A program made the translations under genes and the position numbers. Of a stretch of DNA of 64,000 nucleotides, positions 49,372-60,634 are shown one piece after another (position 1 is the stretch's first letter; every line of letters starts with the position of its first letter). Source of the stretch: an uncultured Methylomirabilota bacterium (GTDB lineage Bacteria; Methylomirabilota; Methylomirabilia; Methylomirabilales; 2-02-FULL-66-22); contig CAWJSJ010000002.1 in assembly GCA_963845565.1 (NCBI GenBank), positions 2,496,001 through 2,560,000 of the forward strand, in the 5' to 3' direction. A model generated the notes under the pieces. The model did no database searches. It was not told where the DNA came from and was given only the letters and a program-made list of their open reading frames with translations.

Positions 49372-49488
49372 CGAACAGGAGGCCATGGTATTGTTTACGC
49401 TCCTGGTGCATGATACCACCGAGCGCGCGGCCGGGATTCGTCGATAGAGGTCGTGGGTCGCCGAGGGGCCGAGGGAGGGGCGCGCAAG

Positions 49489-50112
49489 GTGACGACCGAC
49501 ATCCAGCACTACTACCTGCGCCGACTGCACTCCGCGACCGGCATCTTTCCTCTGGGCGTCTTTCTGCTCCAGCACTTCTTCGGCAACGCCTACGCGATCC
49601 GGGGGCCGGAGGCGTTCAACCGTCACGCGGAGTTCTTGCTGGAGCTGCCCTACCTGCCGGTGTTGGAGATCGGCATGGTGTTCGGGCCGCTCCTGTTCCA
49701 TAGTATCTACGGCCTGGTGATCACGGCGGAGGGGGATCTGGCGCATCCCGGGCAGGGCCTCGGCCTGCGTTATCACAACCTGGCCTACCTGTTCCAGCGT
49801 GTCAGCGGGATCTTCCTCATGCTGTTCATCGGCTACCATGTGTGGAACACCAGGGTGCAGGGCGTCTTCTTCGGCCAGACGGTGGATTACGCTTACCTGG
49901 CCCGCTACTTTGCGCCGGTGTACGAGAAGGCGATCTACAGCGTCGGCATCCTGTGCGCGTGCTACCACTTCGCACACGGGCTGTTCAACGTGACCTACAA
50001 GTGGGGGATCACGATCAACGCCCGGGCGCAGCAGGGGATGATCTACCTCAGCTATGTCGTCTTCGTCGCCATGAGCGCCGTGGGGATTCACATTCTGTAT
50101 TCGTTCAAGTGA
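49489..50112 (+). CDS. sdhC: Succinate dehydrogenase cytochrome b558 subunit (Bacillus-type)
   Basis: RRLHSATG, FHSIYG, QRVSG, YHFAHGL, WGIT. Confidence 0.92.
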   Translation: MTTDIQHYYLRRLHSATGIFPLGVFLLQHFFGNAYAIRGPEAFNRHAEFLLELPYLPVLEIGMVFGPLLFHSIYGLVITAEGDLAHPGQGLGLRYHNLAYLFQRVSGIFLMLFIGYHVWNTRVQGVFFGQTVDYAYLARYFAPVYEKAIYSVGILCACYHFAHGLFNVTYKWGITINARAQQGMIYLSYVVFVAMSAVGIHILYSFK

Positions 50113-50123
50113 CGGAGGGCATC

Positions 50124-51902
50124 ATGGCTGCGCGGCCCAGAGCGATCGTCGTCGGGGGCGGCCTGGCCGGCCTGATGACGGTCATCAAGCTGGCGGAGGC
50201 CGGACTCTCCAGTCAGCTTTTCTCCTTCGTGCCGGTCAAGCGATCCCACTCGGTCTGCGCGCAAGGCGGGATCAACGCCTCCGTCAACACCAAAGGGGAA
50301 GGGGACAGTCCGCAGATCCATTTCTATGAGACGGTCAAGGGCGGGGACTTTCTGGCCAACCAGCCCCTGGCCAGGGGGATGTGCGAGGCGGCCCCCGGGA
50401 TCGTGTATCTCTTGGACCGGATGGGGGTGCCGTTCAATCGGACACCGGAGGGCCTGCTGGACTTCCGGGGGTTCGGCGGGACGCTGTACAGCCGGACGGC
50501 ATTCGCCGGGGCGACGACGGGCCAGCAGCTTCTGTACGCACTGGACGAACAGGTGCGGAAGTACGAGGCGGCGGGGCTGGTAGAGAAGTTCGAATTCTGG
50601 GAGTTTCTGGCGGCGATTCGGGACGAGGAAGGGCTCTGCCGGGGGATTGTGGGCCAGGACCTCCGCAGCATGGCGGTCCGCGCGTTTCCCGCCGATGCCG
50701 TCTGCCTCGCCACGGGCGGTCTGGGGATGATTTTCGGGAAGAGCACGAACTCGGTAGTCTGTACCGGTTCGGCAGCCTCGGCGGTCTACCAGCAAGGGGC
50801 GCTCTTCGCCAACGGCGAGTTCATCCAGGTGCACCCCACCGCCATTCCGGGCGAGGACAAGGTGCGGCTCATGAGCGAGTCGGCCCGGGCGGAGGGCGGC
50901 CGCGTCTGGGTTCCCAAGGACGGCACGCCGTGGTACTTCCTGGAAGAGAAGTATCCGAAATACAAGAATCTCGTCCCGCGTGATATTGCGACGCGCGAGA
51001 TCTTCGATGTGTGCCGGGTTCGCAAGATGGGGATCGACGGCCAGGACATGGTCTATCTGGACGTCAGCCACATCCCCAAAGAGACGCTGGATCGGAAGCT
51101 GGGCGGGATACTCGAGATCTATGAGAAGTTCATCGGCGACGATCCCCGGAAGGTCCCCATGCGGGTCTTCCCCGGGATGCATTACTCCATGGGCGGCCTG
51201 TGGATCGACTACGAGGCCGACCATCATGGCAACCCCGTGATGGGGAGCCCGCGGAACCAGCACACCAATATCCCCGGCCTCTTCGCCGCCGGCGAAGCGG
51301 AATACGAGTATCATGGCGCCAACCGCCTGGGGGCAAACTCGCTCCTGTCCTGCTGCTACGGGGGCATGCTGGCGGGGCCGGCCATGGCGGGCTACATCAA
51401 GGGGCTGGACCGGTCGGCGGAGGCGCTGCCCTCCTCGGTCTTCGAGACCGCGACGCGCCGGCAGGACGCGGCATACGCCCGCATCCGCGGTCTCCGCGGG
51501 TCGGAGAACCCCTACGTGATCCACCACGAGCTCGGCAAGATCATGACGGAGAATGTCACCGTGGTCCGGCACAACGACAAGCTCCAGGGCGCCGACCATG
51601 CCCTCCAGGGATTGATGGAGCGCTGGCACCGGATCGACGTCAACGACACATCGCGCTGGTCGAACCAGGCCGCCTCCTTCACGCGACAGCTCTGGAACAT
51701 GCTCGAGTTGGCGCGGGTCATCACGCTGGGGGCTCTGCAGCGGGACGAGAGCCGCGGCGCGCACTACAAGCCGGAGTTTCCGGACCGGAACGACGCCCAG
51801 TGGTTGAAGACGACCCTGGCCACCTGGACGTCGGACGGGCCGCGGTTCACGTACGCACCCGTGGACACGTCGCTGCTCACCCCCGAGGCGCGAAAGTACT
51901 GA
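50124..51902 (+). CDS. sdhA: Succinate dehydrogenase flavoprotein
   Basis: VGGGLAG, RSHSVCAQGGIN, QVHPT, HYSMGG, HGANRLG. Confidence 0.96.
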   Translation: MAARPRAIVVGGGLAGLMTVIKLAEAGLSSQLFSFVPVKRSHSVCAQGGINASVNTKGEGDSPQIHFYETVKGGDFLANQPLARGMCEAAPGIVYLLDRMGVPFNRTPEGLLDFRGFGGTLYSRTAFAGATTGQQLLYALDEQVRKYEAAGLVEKFEFWEFLAAIRDEEGLCRGIVGQDLRSMAVRAFPADAVCLATGGLGMIFGKSTNSVVCTGSAASAVYQQGALFANGEFIQVHPTAIPGEDKVRLMSESARAEGGRVWVPKDGTPWYFLEEKYPKYKNLVPRDIATREIFDVCRVRKMGIDGQDMVYLDVSHIPKETLDRKLGGILEIYEKFIGDDPRKVPMRVFPGMHYSMGGLWIDYEADHHGNPVMGSPRNQHTNIPGLFAAGEAEYEYHGANRLGANSLLSCCYGGMLAGPAMAGYIKGLDRSAEALPSSVFETATRRQDAAYARIRGLRGSENPYVIHHELGKIMTENVTVVRHNDKLQGADHALQGLMERWHRIDVNDTSRWSNQAASFTRQLWNMLELARVITLGALQRDESRGAHYKPEFPDRNDAQWLKTTLATWTSDGPRFTYAPVDTSLLTPEARKY

Positions 51903-52651
51903 TGGACGGCAAGACGATCACGCTCAAGGTGAAGCGGCAGGATGGGCCGAGCGCACCCCCTCGTTGGGAGGAGTTTCGGATCCCGTCCAAGGCGAACATG
52001 AACGTCATCGGCGCCTTGATGGAGGTCCAGCGGAACCCGGTCACCGTGGACGGCGTCAAGACCACACCGCCGGTCTGGGAGGCGAGCTGTCTCGAGGAGG
52101 TCTGCGGCTCCTGTACCATGATCATCAACGGCAGGGTGCGCCAGGCCTGCAGTGCCCTCATCGACACGCTGGAGCAGCCCATCGTCCTGCAGCCCATGCG
52201 CAAATTCCCGCTGATCCGCGACCTGGCAGTGGACCGAACGCGCATGTTCGACGCCCTGCGGCGCGTGCGGGCATGGATTCACCTGGACGGGACCTACAAT
52301 CTGGGTCCGGGGCCGCGAGTCGACCCGGAGACCGGCGCAGTCGCGTACAGCCTGTCGAGGTGCATGACGTGCGGTTGCTGCTTGGAGGTGTGCCCGCAGG
52401 TCACGCTGACCTCGTCCTTCATCGGCGCGGCCGCCATCTCCCAGGTCCGGTTCTTCAACATGCACCCCACCGGAAAGATGCACGCGCGGGAGCGGCTCGA
52501 CTCCCTGATGGGCGAGGGTGGTCTGGCGGACTGCGGCAACGCGCAGAACTGCGTGCACGCGTGTCCCAAAGAGATCCCCCTCACGGAATCCATCGCGTCC
52601 GTGGGGCGGGACATGACGCGGCACATGCTGAAGCGGCTGCTGGGCGGATGA
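51902..52651 (+). CDS. sdhB: Succinate dehydrogenase Fe-S subunit
   Basis: CLEEVCGSC, CMTCGCCLEVCP, CGNAQNCVHACP. Confidence 0.96.
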   Translation: MDGKTITLKVKRQDGPSAPPRWEEFRIPSKANMNVIGALMEVQRNPVTVDGVKTTPPVWEASCLEEVCGSCTMIINGRVRQACSALIDTLEQPIVLQPMRKFPLIRDLAVDRTRMFDALRRVRAWIHLDGTYNLGPGPRVDPETGAVAYSLSRCMTCGCCLEVCPQVTLTSSFIGAAAISQVRFFNMHPTGKMHARERLDSLMGEGGLADCGNAQNCVHACPKEIPLTESIASVGRDMTRHMLKRLLGG

Positions 52652-52685
52652 GGGGTGCGCGCCCCACCACGAGAATGGAGCGAGC

Positions 52686-53849
52686 ATGAAAATCCATGAG
52701 TATCAGGCGAAAGCGATCCTGGCGGAGTTTGGCGTTCCGGTCCCCCGCGGGCGGGTGGCTACGACTCCCACCGAGGCCCGGGGCATTGCCCAAGAACTCG
52801 GCGGGCCGGTCGTCGTGAAGGCCCAGATCCACGCCGGTGGCCGCGGCAAGGGGGGCGGCGTGAGACCGGCGCAAACTCCCGACGCAGCGGAGCGGGTCGC
52901 CGCCCAGATCCTGGGGATGATGCTCCGGACGCATCAGACCGGCCCCGAGGGGCAGCGGGTGCGGCGTGTCCTGGTGGAAGAGGCGATGGCCATCCAGCAG
53001 GAGCTGTATCTCGGGATCGTGATCGATCGCGCTACGGGGCTGCCGGCCTGCATGGCGTCGGCGGCGGGCGGCATGGACATCGAGGAAGTCGCCCGGACCC
53101 GGCCCGATGCCATCAGCACGGTTCGCGTGGATCCGGCCACGGGACTCCGCCCCTTCCACGCGCGCACGCTGGCCTTTGCCTTGGGCCTCAGGGGCGAACC
53201 GGTCAAGGCGGCCGCGGCCGTCATCGCCAACCTCTACCGCGCCTTCGAGGTCAAGGACTGCTCGCTGGCCGAGATCAACCCCCTGGTGGTGACCGGCGAC
53301 GGGCGGATCCTGGCGTTGGACGCCAAGCTGACCTTCGACGACAACGCCCTGTTTCGCCATCCGGAGGTCCAGGCCCTCCGCGACCGGGACGAGGAGTCTC
53401 CGCTGGAGGTCGAAGCGTCCCAATACAGCTTGAACTATATCAAGCTGGACGGGACGGTCGGCTGCATGGTCAATGGGGCGGGCCTCGCCATGGCCACCAT
53501 GGACATCATCAAGCTTGCGGGCGGCGAGCCGGCCAACTTCCTGGATGTCGGCGGCGGGGCCAGCGCCGAGCAGATCGAGAACGCCTTCCGCATCCTCATC
53601 TCGGATCCGAGCGTCAAGGCGGTCCTCATCAACATCTTCGGCGGCATCTTGCGGTGCGACCGGCTGGCGGAAGGGGTCATCAGGGCGGTCCGATCCCTCG
53701 GGGTCACGCTGCCCATCGTGATCCGCATGGAAGGAACCAACGTGGAGCTTGGGCAGCAGATGCTCCGAGAGTCCGGTCTCAATTTCATCGCGGCGCAGGG
53801 CATGCAGGACGGCGCCCAGAAGGCGGTCCGGGCCGCGCGCGCGGTCTGA
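52686..53849 (+). CDS. sucC: Succinyl-CoA synthetase beta subunit
   Basis: [33 protein letters not shown]. Confidence 0.97.
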   Translation: MKIHEYQAKAILAEFGVPVPRGRVATTPTEARGIAQELGGPVVVKAQIHAGGRGKGGGVRPAQTPDAAERVAAQILGMMLRTHQTGPEGQRVRRVLVEEAMAIQQELYLGIVIDRATGLPACMASAAGGMDIEEVARTRPDAISTVRVDPATGLRPFHARTLAFALGLRGEPVKAAAAVIANLYRAFEVKDCSLAEINPLVVTGDGRILALDAKLTFDDNALFRHPEVQALRDRDEESPLEVEASQYSLNYIKLDGTVGCMVNGAGLAMATMDIIKLAGGEPANFLDVGGGASAEQIENAFRILISDPSVKAVLINIFGGILRCDRLAEGVIRAVRSLGVTLPIVIRMEGTNVELGQQMLRESGLNFIAAQGMQDGAQKAVRAARAV

Positions 53850-53878
53850 GCGGGCACCCCGCGGCAAGTGGAGGCGTT

Positions 53879-54922
53879 ATGAGCATTCTGGTGGATCAAG
53901 AAACGCGCCTGGTGGTTCAGGGGCTGACCGGCAAGGAGGGAACCTTCCACGCGCTGGCGTGTCGGGAGTACGGCACCAGGGTCGTGGCGGGCGTGACACC
54001 GGGCAAGGGAGGGATCCTCCACGAGGGGATCCCCGTCTTCGATATCGTGGCGCAGGCCGTGACGCAGGAGGGCGCCAACACGGCGCTGATCTTCGTGCCG
54101 CCCGCCGCGGCCGCCGACGCCATCCTGGAAGCGGCCGAGGCCGGGATCGGGGTGATCGTCTGCATCACCGAGGGCGTGCCCACGCTGGACATGGTGCGAG
54201 TCCACCGCGCCCTTGAGGGGCGCCCGTGCCGCCTGATCGGGCCCAACTGCCCGGGGTTGATCTCTCCCGGCAAGGCGAAGGTCGGGATCATGCCCGGCCG
54301 GATCCACCGGCCGGGGCGAGTGGGTGTGATCTCGCGGAGCGGCACGCTCACCTACGAGGCGGTGGGGCAGCTCACGGCGCGAGGCATCGGCCAGTCCACC
54401 TGCATCGGCATCGGCGGCGATCCGATCATCGGGACGACCTTCGTGGATGCCTTGAGGCTCTTCCAGGCCGATGCCGAAACGGATGCGATCCTGATGATCG
54501 GGGAGATCGGCGGCTCGGCGGAGGAGGACGCCGCGGCCTTTGTCGGCGCCCATCTGACCAAGCCCGTAGCGGGGTTCATCTGTGGGCAAACCGCCCCGCC
54601 GGGGCGGCGCATGGGCCACGCGGGGGCCATCATCTCGGGCGGGAGCGGGACGGCGGCGGCCAAGATGGCGGCCATGGAGAAGGCGGGCATCACGGTCGTG
54701 GCGAGCCCCGCCGAGATGGGGGCCGCGGTCGCCCGGGTGCTGGCGGCATCCCGCCCCGCCCGGTCCCGTCCGCGGCCCGCCGCGAAGCGGTCGGCGCACC
54801 AAGGCTCGGATGCGACACCGGCACGAAAGACCGGCACCTCCGGGGCGGCCACGCCCCGCCGGGCGTCTGCGGCGCGCACGCGCGGGACCGGCACGGCGTC
54901 GCGGAAAGCCGCGAAACGGTGA
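53879..54922 (+). CDS. sucD: Succinyl-CoA synthetase alpha subunit with basic C-terminal extension
   Basis: [27 protein letters not shown]. Confidence 0.96.
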   Translation: MSILVDQETRLVVQGLTGKEGTFHALACREYGTRVVAGVTPGKGGILHEGIPVFDIVAQAVTQEGANTALIFVPPAAAADAILEAAEAGIGVIVCITEGVPTLDMVRVHRALEGRPCRLIGPNCPGLISPGKAKVGIMPGRIHRPGRVGVISRSGTLTYEAVGQLTARGIGQSTCIGIGGDPIIGTTFVDALRLFQADAETDAILMIGEIGGSAEEDAAAFVGAHLTKPVAGFICGQTAPPGRRMGHAGAIISGGSGTAAAKMAAMEKAGITVVASPAEMGAAVARVLAASRPARSRPRPAAKRSAHQGSDATPARKTGTSGAATPRRASAARTRGTGTASRKAAKR

Positions 54923-55055
54923 CCGGGTCCGCAGGTTGCGGGGGTGACCCGAACTTGACACGGGGCGACCGGGAGGACGGCCGGTCGCCTGGTGATTTTT
55001 CTACGCGAGGGCCAGGCGGTGGTTTCGCGGTCCGACACGACAGCGAGGAGCGGAG

Positions 55056-55493
55056 ATGACGGAGCGAACGTTGGTGATGGTGAAGCCGGATGCGGTTCGC
55101 GGAGGGCACATCGGGGACGTGCTGAGCCGGTTCGAGGCGGCGGGCCTGACGGTGCGGGCGCTGAAGATGGTGTGGCTGGACCGGCGGGAAGCGGAGGGAT
55201 TCTACCAGGTCCATCGCGAACGGCCGTTCTTCGCGGGCCTCACGCAGTTCATGTCCTCCGGGCCGATCGTGGCCGTGGTCCTGGAGGGGCCGGGAGCGAT
55301 TGCGACGGCGCGGACGCTCATGGGAGCCACCGATCCGGCCAAGGCTGATCCGGGAACCATTCGCAAGGCGTTCGCCTCCAGCATCGAGCAGAACGCGGTC
55401 CACGGTTCGGACTCCCCGGAGTCCGCGGCCTATGAGATCCCGTATTTCTTCGGGGCGCTGGAGCAGCACGCCTACCCGCGGGGGAAGGGCTAG
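55056..55493 (+). CDS. ndk: Nucleoside diphosphate kinase
   Basis: [23 protein letters not shown]. Confidence 0.97.
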   Translation: MTERTLVMVKPDAVRGGHIGDVLSRFEAAGLTVRALKMVWLDRREAEGFYQVHRERPFFAGLTQFMSSGPIVAVVLEGPGAIATARTLMGATDPAKADPGTIRKAFASSIEQNAVHGSDSPESAAYEIPYFFGALEQHAYPRGKG

Positions 55494-55603
55494 GGCTTCG
55501 GCCCCGGAACGGGGGGTGTCGGCTTGAAGAAAGGTGGGCGCAACCCATTGTCATTCTTGGAGTTTCCGGGTTGTATGGCCTCGCCCAGAGCGGGGGTTTT
55601 TCC

Positions 55604-55632
55604 TTGACACCCCTGGGGGTCGTCAGTATACT
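55604..55632 (+). promoter_or_regulatory. Sigma70 promoter of yceD-rpmF-plsX-fab operon
   Basis: TTGACA-N17-TATACT. Confidence 0.8.
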
Positions 55633-55667
55633 ACGCCCGCTTTTTGTCAGAGGTTACAGGTATTTCT

Positions 55668-56180
55668 ATGCTGATTGACGTGTCGCAGATCCCGCCTGAG
55701 GGGCTGGATGTTTCCCTGCCGGCGGAGCCGTTGGATTTGGGGGATTCCGCAGGGGTGTGGGAGGGGCCGGCGTCGGTTCGAGCCGATATGCATCTCGGTC
55801 GATCCGGACGCGGGATTGTCATTGGCGGGACGTTCGCCGGAGAGGTGGCGCTGGTCTGCAGCCGGTGCCTCGAGGCGTTTCGGTTCGAGGCGGAAGACCG
55901 GTTCGAGGTATATTGCGTTGCTGGCCTCCCGCCCAAACCGGGGGAGGAGCGGGAACTTGATCCGGACGAACTGGACGTGACCTATCTCGAGGAGGGCCGG
56001 TTCAACACGGATCATCTCTTGCGCGAGAATATCCTGCTCAGCCTGCCCGTTCAACCACTCTGCCGTGAGGACTGCCGGGGCCTGTGCCCGCAGTGCGGCG
56101 CGAACCAGAATCTCGGATCGTGCGGCTGCCAGGTTCCCCGCGTGGATCCGCGGCTGCAGGTCCTACGGAAGGTGCGGTAG
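55668..56180 (+). CDS. yceD: YceD/DUF177 family protein
   Basis: CSRCL, LCREDCRGLCPQCG, DPRL; upstream of rpmF. Confidence 0.9.
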   Translation: MLIDVSQIPPEGLDVSLPAEPLDLGDSAGVWEGPASVRADMHLGRSGRGIVIGGTFAGEVALVCSRCLEAFRFEAEDRFEVYCVAGLPPKPGEERELDPDELDVTYLEEGRFNTDHLLRENILLSLPVQPLCREDCRGLCPQCGANQNLGSCGCQVPRVDPRLQVLRKVR

Positions 56181-56242
56181 GCTCCGACCGCCGCACGCCG
56201 CGCGCTCTGTTCACCGAACGACGTTCCTAGCGAGGTCATGCG

Positions 56243-56425
56243 ATGCCACTTCCGAAGCGACGTCACAGCAATACCCGAACGGCCACGCGCCGGGCGCACG
56301 ACGCGATCAAGGCGGCGGGACTCTCCCGTTGCCCCCACTGCCAAGCGATGACGCTTCCCCATCGGGCGTGTCGAAGTTGCGGATATTACCGCGGGCGCCA
56401 GGTGGTGAAACAGGCCGAAGAGTAA
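56243..56425 (+). CDS. rpmF: 50S ribosomal protein L32 (Zn-binding type)
   Basis: PKRRHS...CPHC...PHRACRSCGYY. Confidence 0.95.
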   Translation: MPLPKRRHSNTRTATRRAHDAIKAAGLSRCPHCQAMTLPHRACRSCGYYRGRQVVKQAEE

Positions 56426-56445
56426 GCGTTCGCGGGCCGATACAC

Positions 56446-57456
56446 ATGCCGCCAGAACGCAAGATCCGGGTCGCCCTGGATGCCATGGGCGGGGATCGCG
56501 GACCCGAGGTCACCGTGGAGGGGGCCGTATCCGCCGCCCGCGAGCTGGGCTCGACGGTCATCCTGGTGGGGGATGAGCAGGTCCTCCGGACGCATCTGGC
56601 CCGCCACGAGGTGGGGGGGCTGGATCTGACCGTGCGACACGCGCCGGAGTCGGTCGACATGGGGGAGAGCCCCATGGCCGCACTCCGGAAGAAGAAGCAT
56701 TCCTCCATCCGCATCGGCCTGGATCTGGTGAAGCGGGGCGAGGCCGAGGCGTTCGTCAGCGCGGGGAACACCGGCGCGGTCATGGCGACCGCCGTGGTGG
56801 TGTTGGGACCGTTGCCCGGCGTGGAGCGTCCCGCCATTGCCGTGGTGGTGCCGACGCTCACCCACCAGGCGGTCCTGTTGGACGTCGGGGCCAACGTCGA
56901 CTGCAAGGCGCGGCACCTGCTGCAATTCGCCATCATGGGGAACGTCTACGCCCGGGACATCCTGGGGCAGACGCAGCCGCGGGTGGGGCTCCTCAGCATC
57001 GGCGAAGAGGAGATCAAGGGGAACGAGCTGACCCGCGAGGCGTTCAAGGAGATGGAGGACGAGTCCTCCCTGAACTTCATCGGGAACGTCGAGGGGCGCG
57101 ACGTCTTCAACGGCGCGGCCGACGTGATCGTCTGCGACGGGTTCACCGGTAATGTGGCGCTCAAGATCTCGGAAGGTCTGGTGGAGACCATGTTTCACCT
57201 CTTGCGGGAGGAACTGAAGAAGGATCTCCGCGGACGGGTGGGCTCCCTGCTGCTGATCCCCGCCTTCCGGCGATTCAAGCGCCGTATCGACTCCTCGGAG
57301 TTCGGTGGGGCCCCGCTCTTGGGGGTGAATGGGGTGTGCATGATCAGCCACGGCCGCTCCACGGGAAAAGCGATTCGGAACGCGATCCGGGCGGCCGAGG
57401 GGTGCGTGAGCAACACGGTGATCGCCCATATCCGCGAGGGCATCGCCCGTGGCTAG
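56446..57456 (+). CDS. plsX: Phosphate acyltransferase
   Basis: DAMGGD, SAGNTGA, DVGAN, CDGFTGN, HGRS. Confidence 0.96.
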   Translation: MPPERKIRVALDAMGGDRGPEVTVEGAVSAARELGSTVILVGDEQVLRTHLARHEVGGLDLTVRHAPESVDMGESPMAALRKKKHSSIRIGLDLVKRGEAEAFVSAGNTGAVMATAVVVLGPLPGVERPAIAVVVPTLTHQAVLLDVGANVDCKARHLLQFAIMGNVYARDILGQTQPRVGLLSIGEEEIKGNELTREAFKEMEDESSLNFIGNVEGRDVFNGAADVIVCDGFTGNVALKISEGLVETMFHLLREELKKDLRGRVGSLLLIPAFRRFKRRIDSSEFGGAPLLGVNGVCMISHGRSTGKAIRNAIRAAEGCVSNTVIAHIREGIARG

Positions 57457-57503
57457 GCCGACGCGAGGCGCCAGCCGTCCGCGTCACGAGGGATGACCAG
57501 TTG

Positions 57504-58487
57504 ATGCCGAGGGCGAGGATCATCGGAACGGGGGCGTATGTTCCCGAACGGGTGCTGACGAACGCCGATCTCGAGACGCTGGTGGACACCAGCGACGAAT
57601 GGATCGTGACGCGCACCGGAATCTCCGAACGGCACATCGCCTCGGATGAGCAGGCGACGTCGGATCTGTCCTATCACGCCAGCCGCGCCGCGCTGGAGGC
57701 GGCGAACCTCGATGTCGCCGACCTAGACCTGATTCTGGTGGCGACTGCCACGCCCGACATGGTCTTTCCTTCCACGGCCTGCGTGCTGCAGGACCGTTTG
57801 GGGGCACGAAGGGCCGGGGCGCTGGATATCTCAGCCGCCTGCTCGGGGTTCATCTACGGTTTGAGCATGGCCAACGGCCTGATCCGCTCGGGCGCCGCCC
57901 GCACCGTGCTCCTGCTAGGCGCCGAGACGTTGACGAAGGTGGTGAACTGGCAGGACCGGAACACCTGCGTCCTCTTCGGGGACGGGGCGGGCGCCGTGGT
58001 GCTCCGGGCCGACGACGGAGAACGAGGCGTGCTCTCCGTGCACCTCTACGCGGATGGGAGCAAGGCGCCGCTCCTGATTCTGCCGGGCGGCGGCTCGCGG
58101 CATCCGTTGTCCCAAGCGGTGCTGGACGCCGGCCTCAACAAGATCCAGATGAACAGCGGCAACGAAGTGTTCAAGCTGGCAGTGCGGGCCATGGAGGACG
58201 CGGCGCTGACGGCGCTGAAGCAGAACGGGTACGAGATCGGCGAGGTGGACTTCATCATCTCGCATCAAGCGAACCTGCGAATCATCAGCGCGTTGGGTCA
58301 GCGGCTCGGCCTCTCCAGCGACAAGGTCGTGGTGAACGTGGACAAGGTCGGCAACACCTCGGCAGCCTCCATCCCGCTGGCGCTGGACGAGGCGGTGCGC
58401 GACGGACGGATTCAGCCGGGGCACCTCGTGCTCCTGTGTGCGTTCGGGGGGGGACTTACCTGGGCGTCGTCCCTGATTCGATGGTGA
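57504..58487 (+). CDS. fabH: 3-oxoacyl-ACP synthase III
   Basis: AACSGF, FGDGAGA, HQAN, GNTSAAS. Confidence 0.96.
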   Translation: MPRARIIGTGAYVPERVLTNADLETLVDTSDEWIVTRTGISERHIASDEQATSDLSYHASRAALEAANLDVADLDLILVATATPDMVFPSTACVLQDRLGARRAGALDISAACSGFIYGLSMANGLIRSGAARTVLLLGAETLTKVVNWQDRNTCVLFGDGAGAVVLRADDGERGVLSVHLYADGSKAPLLILPGGGSRHPLSQAVLDAGLNKIQMNSGNEVFKLAVRAMEDAALTALKQNGYEIGEVDFIISHQANLRIISALGQRLGLSSDKVVVNVDKVGNTSAASIPLALDEAVRDGRIQPGHLVLLCAFGGGLTWASSLIRW

Positions 58488-58494
58488 ACGCTCT

Positions 58495-59415
58495 ATGACG
58501 CGCATTGCGTTTGTGTTTCCGGGGCAGGGCTCGCAGGCGGTCGGCATGGGCCGAGAATTGGGCGAGGGCTCGCCGCGCTGGGCCGAGGCGAACGACGCGG
58601 TGGGCTTCGATCTCCGGCGGCTCGTCTTCGAGGGACCGGAGGCGGAACTGACGCTCACCACCAATACCCAGCCTGCCATCTTGGCTACCAGTATCGTGGC
58701 GTTGGACGCCTTGACCGCGGCCGGGGTGCGGTGCGACCTGGTGGCCGGCCATTCGCTGGGGGAGTATTCCGCGCTGGTCGCGGCGGGTGCGCTGGATTTC
58801 ACCGACGCCGTGCGAACGGTGCGGTCCCGCGGCCAGTTCATGCAAGAGGCCGTGCCCTCCGGTGAGGGGGCGATGGCGGCCATTCTCGGCCTGGATCGTG
58901 CGCTGGTGGCGCAGGCGTGCGACGAGGCTGCCGATGTTGGGCCGGTGCAGGTGGCCAACCTCAACGGACCGGGCCAGACAGTCATCGCCGGCGCTACGGG
59001 CGCCGTGAAGAAGGCGACGGACCTCGCGAAGGCGAAAGGGGCGCGGCGCGCGGTCCTCCTGCCGGTGAGCGCACCCTTCCATTCCGCCCTGCTCAAACCG
59101 GCGGCGACGCGGTTGGGGGAGGTGCTCGGGGGCATCCGGTTCCGAGATCTGACCGTGCCCCTGGTGACCAATGTGGACGCCGATCTGCTGACCGAAGGAG
59201 CCCGTGTGATGGACGCCCTCGTGCGCCAGGTGACCGCCCCAGTGCGCTGGGAAGAGGTGGTGCTCCGGCTGGCGCGGGACGGGGTGACGACGTGTGTGGA
59301 AGTGGGGCCGGGGAAGGTCCTGTCGGGGCTGATCCGCCGGATCGTTCCCCAGATCCAGGTCCTAAACGTGGAAGACCGCGCCTCGCTGCAGACGACCGTG
59401 GAGGCGTTGCGATGA
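58495..59415 (+). CDS. fabD: Malonyl-CoA:ACP transacylase
   Basis: FPGQGSQ, GHSLGEY, SAPFHS. Confidence 0.96.
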   Translation: MTRIAFVFPGQGSQAVGMGRELGEGSPRWAEANDAVGFDLRRLVFEGPEAELTLTTNTQPAILATSIVALDALTAAGVRCDLVAGHSLGEYSALVAAGALDFTDAVRTVRSRGQFMQEAVPSGEGAMAAILGLDRALVAQACDEAADVGPVQVANLNGPGQTVIAGATGAVKKATDLAKAKGARRAVLLPVSAPFHSALLKPAATRLGEVLGGIRFRDLTVPLVTNVDADLLTEGARVMDALVRQVTAPVRWEEVVLRLARDGVTTCVEVGPGKVLSGLIRRIVPQIQVLNVEDRASLQTTVEALR

Positions 59416-60158
59416 GGCTGCAGGGACGGGTCGCCTTGGTGACCGGGGGGTCCCGCGGCATCGGTGCGGCCGCGGCGCGGGCGCTGGCCGCGGCGGGGGC
59501 GGCGGTGGCGGTGTGCGCCCGAAACGGGGAGGCGGCGGCCGCAACGGCTGCCGCCATCGGGGCGGAGGGCGGGCAGGCGTTCGGGATGGCGGCGGACGTG
59601 AGCCGGGCCGCGGACGCCGAACGCGTGGTGGCCGCCTGCATCGAGCGGTTTGGGCGGCTGGATATCCTGGTGAACAACGCGGGGATCACGCGGGACGGCC
59701 TGGCCATGCGCATGAAGGACGCGGATTGGAGCGACGTCCTGGCCGTGAATCTCAATGGCCCGTTTTACTGCGCCCGGGCGGCGCTGCGCGCCATCCTCAA
59801 GCAAAAACAGAGCGGGCGGATCATCAACATCGGGTCGGTGGTGGGGAGCATGGGGAATGCCGGCCAGGCGAACTACGCGACATCCAAGGCAGGGCTCATC
59901 GGGCTCACCCGCTCCCTGGCGAAGGAGGTCGCCTCGCGCGGCGTCACGGTCAACCTGGTGGCCCCCGGCTTCATCGAGACCGATATGACGGTGAGCCTGC
60001 CCGAGGCCGCGAAAGAGGCGTACCGGGCCCAGATCCCGCTGGGCCGGTTCGGGACGGCCGCCGAGGTGGCGGCGGCGGTGGAATTTCTGGCCTCGGATGC
60101 GGCCGCATACATCACGGGCCAGGTCCTTCATATCAACGGCGGTATGTGGTCCTCGTAA
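59412..60158 (+). CDS. fabG: 3-oxoacyl-ACP reductase
   Basis: [25 protein letters not shown]. Confidence 0.95.
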   Translation: MRLQGRVALVTGGSRGIGAAAARALAAAGAAVAVCARNGEAAAATAAAIGAEGGQAFGMAADVSRAADAERVVAACIERFGRLDILVNNAGITRDGLAMRMKDADWSDVLAVNLNGPFYCARAALRAILKQKQSGRIINIGSVVGSMGNAGQANYATSKAGLIGLTRSLAKEVASRGVTVNLVAPGFIETDMTVSLPEAAKEAYRAQIPLGRFGTAAEVAAAVEFLASDAAAYITGQVLHINGGMWSS

Positions 60159-60210
60159 TGGGTTTATCGACGACAGGGAATTGTGCATTTACCGGAAGAA
60201 GGAGGCCATC

Positions 60211-60453
60211 GTGAGCGCGAGCATCGAAGAGAAGGTCAAGAAGATCATCGTGGATCAGTTGGGCGTGGACGAGGCGGAGGTGACCCCCGAGGCGAAATTC
60301 ATCGACGACTTGGGTGCCGATTCCCTGGATACCGTCGAGTTGGTGATGGCGCTGGAGGAGGAGTTCGGCCTCGAGATTCCGGACGAGGACGCGGAGAAGA
60401 TCACCACCGTGAAGGACGCCACCGGCTACATCGTGGGTCACAAGAAGGATTAG
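60211..60453 (+). CDS. acpP: Acyl carrier protein
   Basis: [24 protein letters not shown] before GTG. Confidence 0.97.
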   Translation: MSASIEEKVKKIIVDQLGVDEAEVTPEAKFIDDLGADSLDTVELVMALEEEFGLEIPDEDAEKITTVKDATGYIVGHKKD

Positions 60454-60503
60454 GAGCCGGTACGAAATTACGTGTCCATATTTGTAATTTCGTTACGGCT
60501 CCT
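60452..60503. terminator. Long intergenic hairpin between acpP and fabF
   Basis: AGGAGCCG..ACGAAATTAC-loop-GTAATTTCGT..CGGCTCCT. Confidence 0.55.
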
Positions 60504-60634
60504 TCTGCCGTTTCTGCATTTCTCCGGTCGAGTTATTCTTTGATACCGGCTTAGGGATCCGGTACGTGGTGTGGTAGGGACGGCTGCCAAGGGAGTATCG
60601 CCGCAGCGCGGCAGAAAGAGTCAGGGACGCGCAC

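Noticed and set aside
57915..60188. Long antisense ORFs (this 757-aa one, and 36460-38124, 38514-40277, 50088-51764, 10358-11884)
   Set aside because: Shadow frames opposite well-supported genes, expected in high-GC DNA
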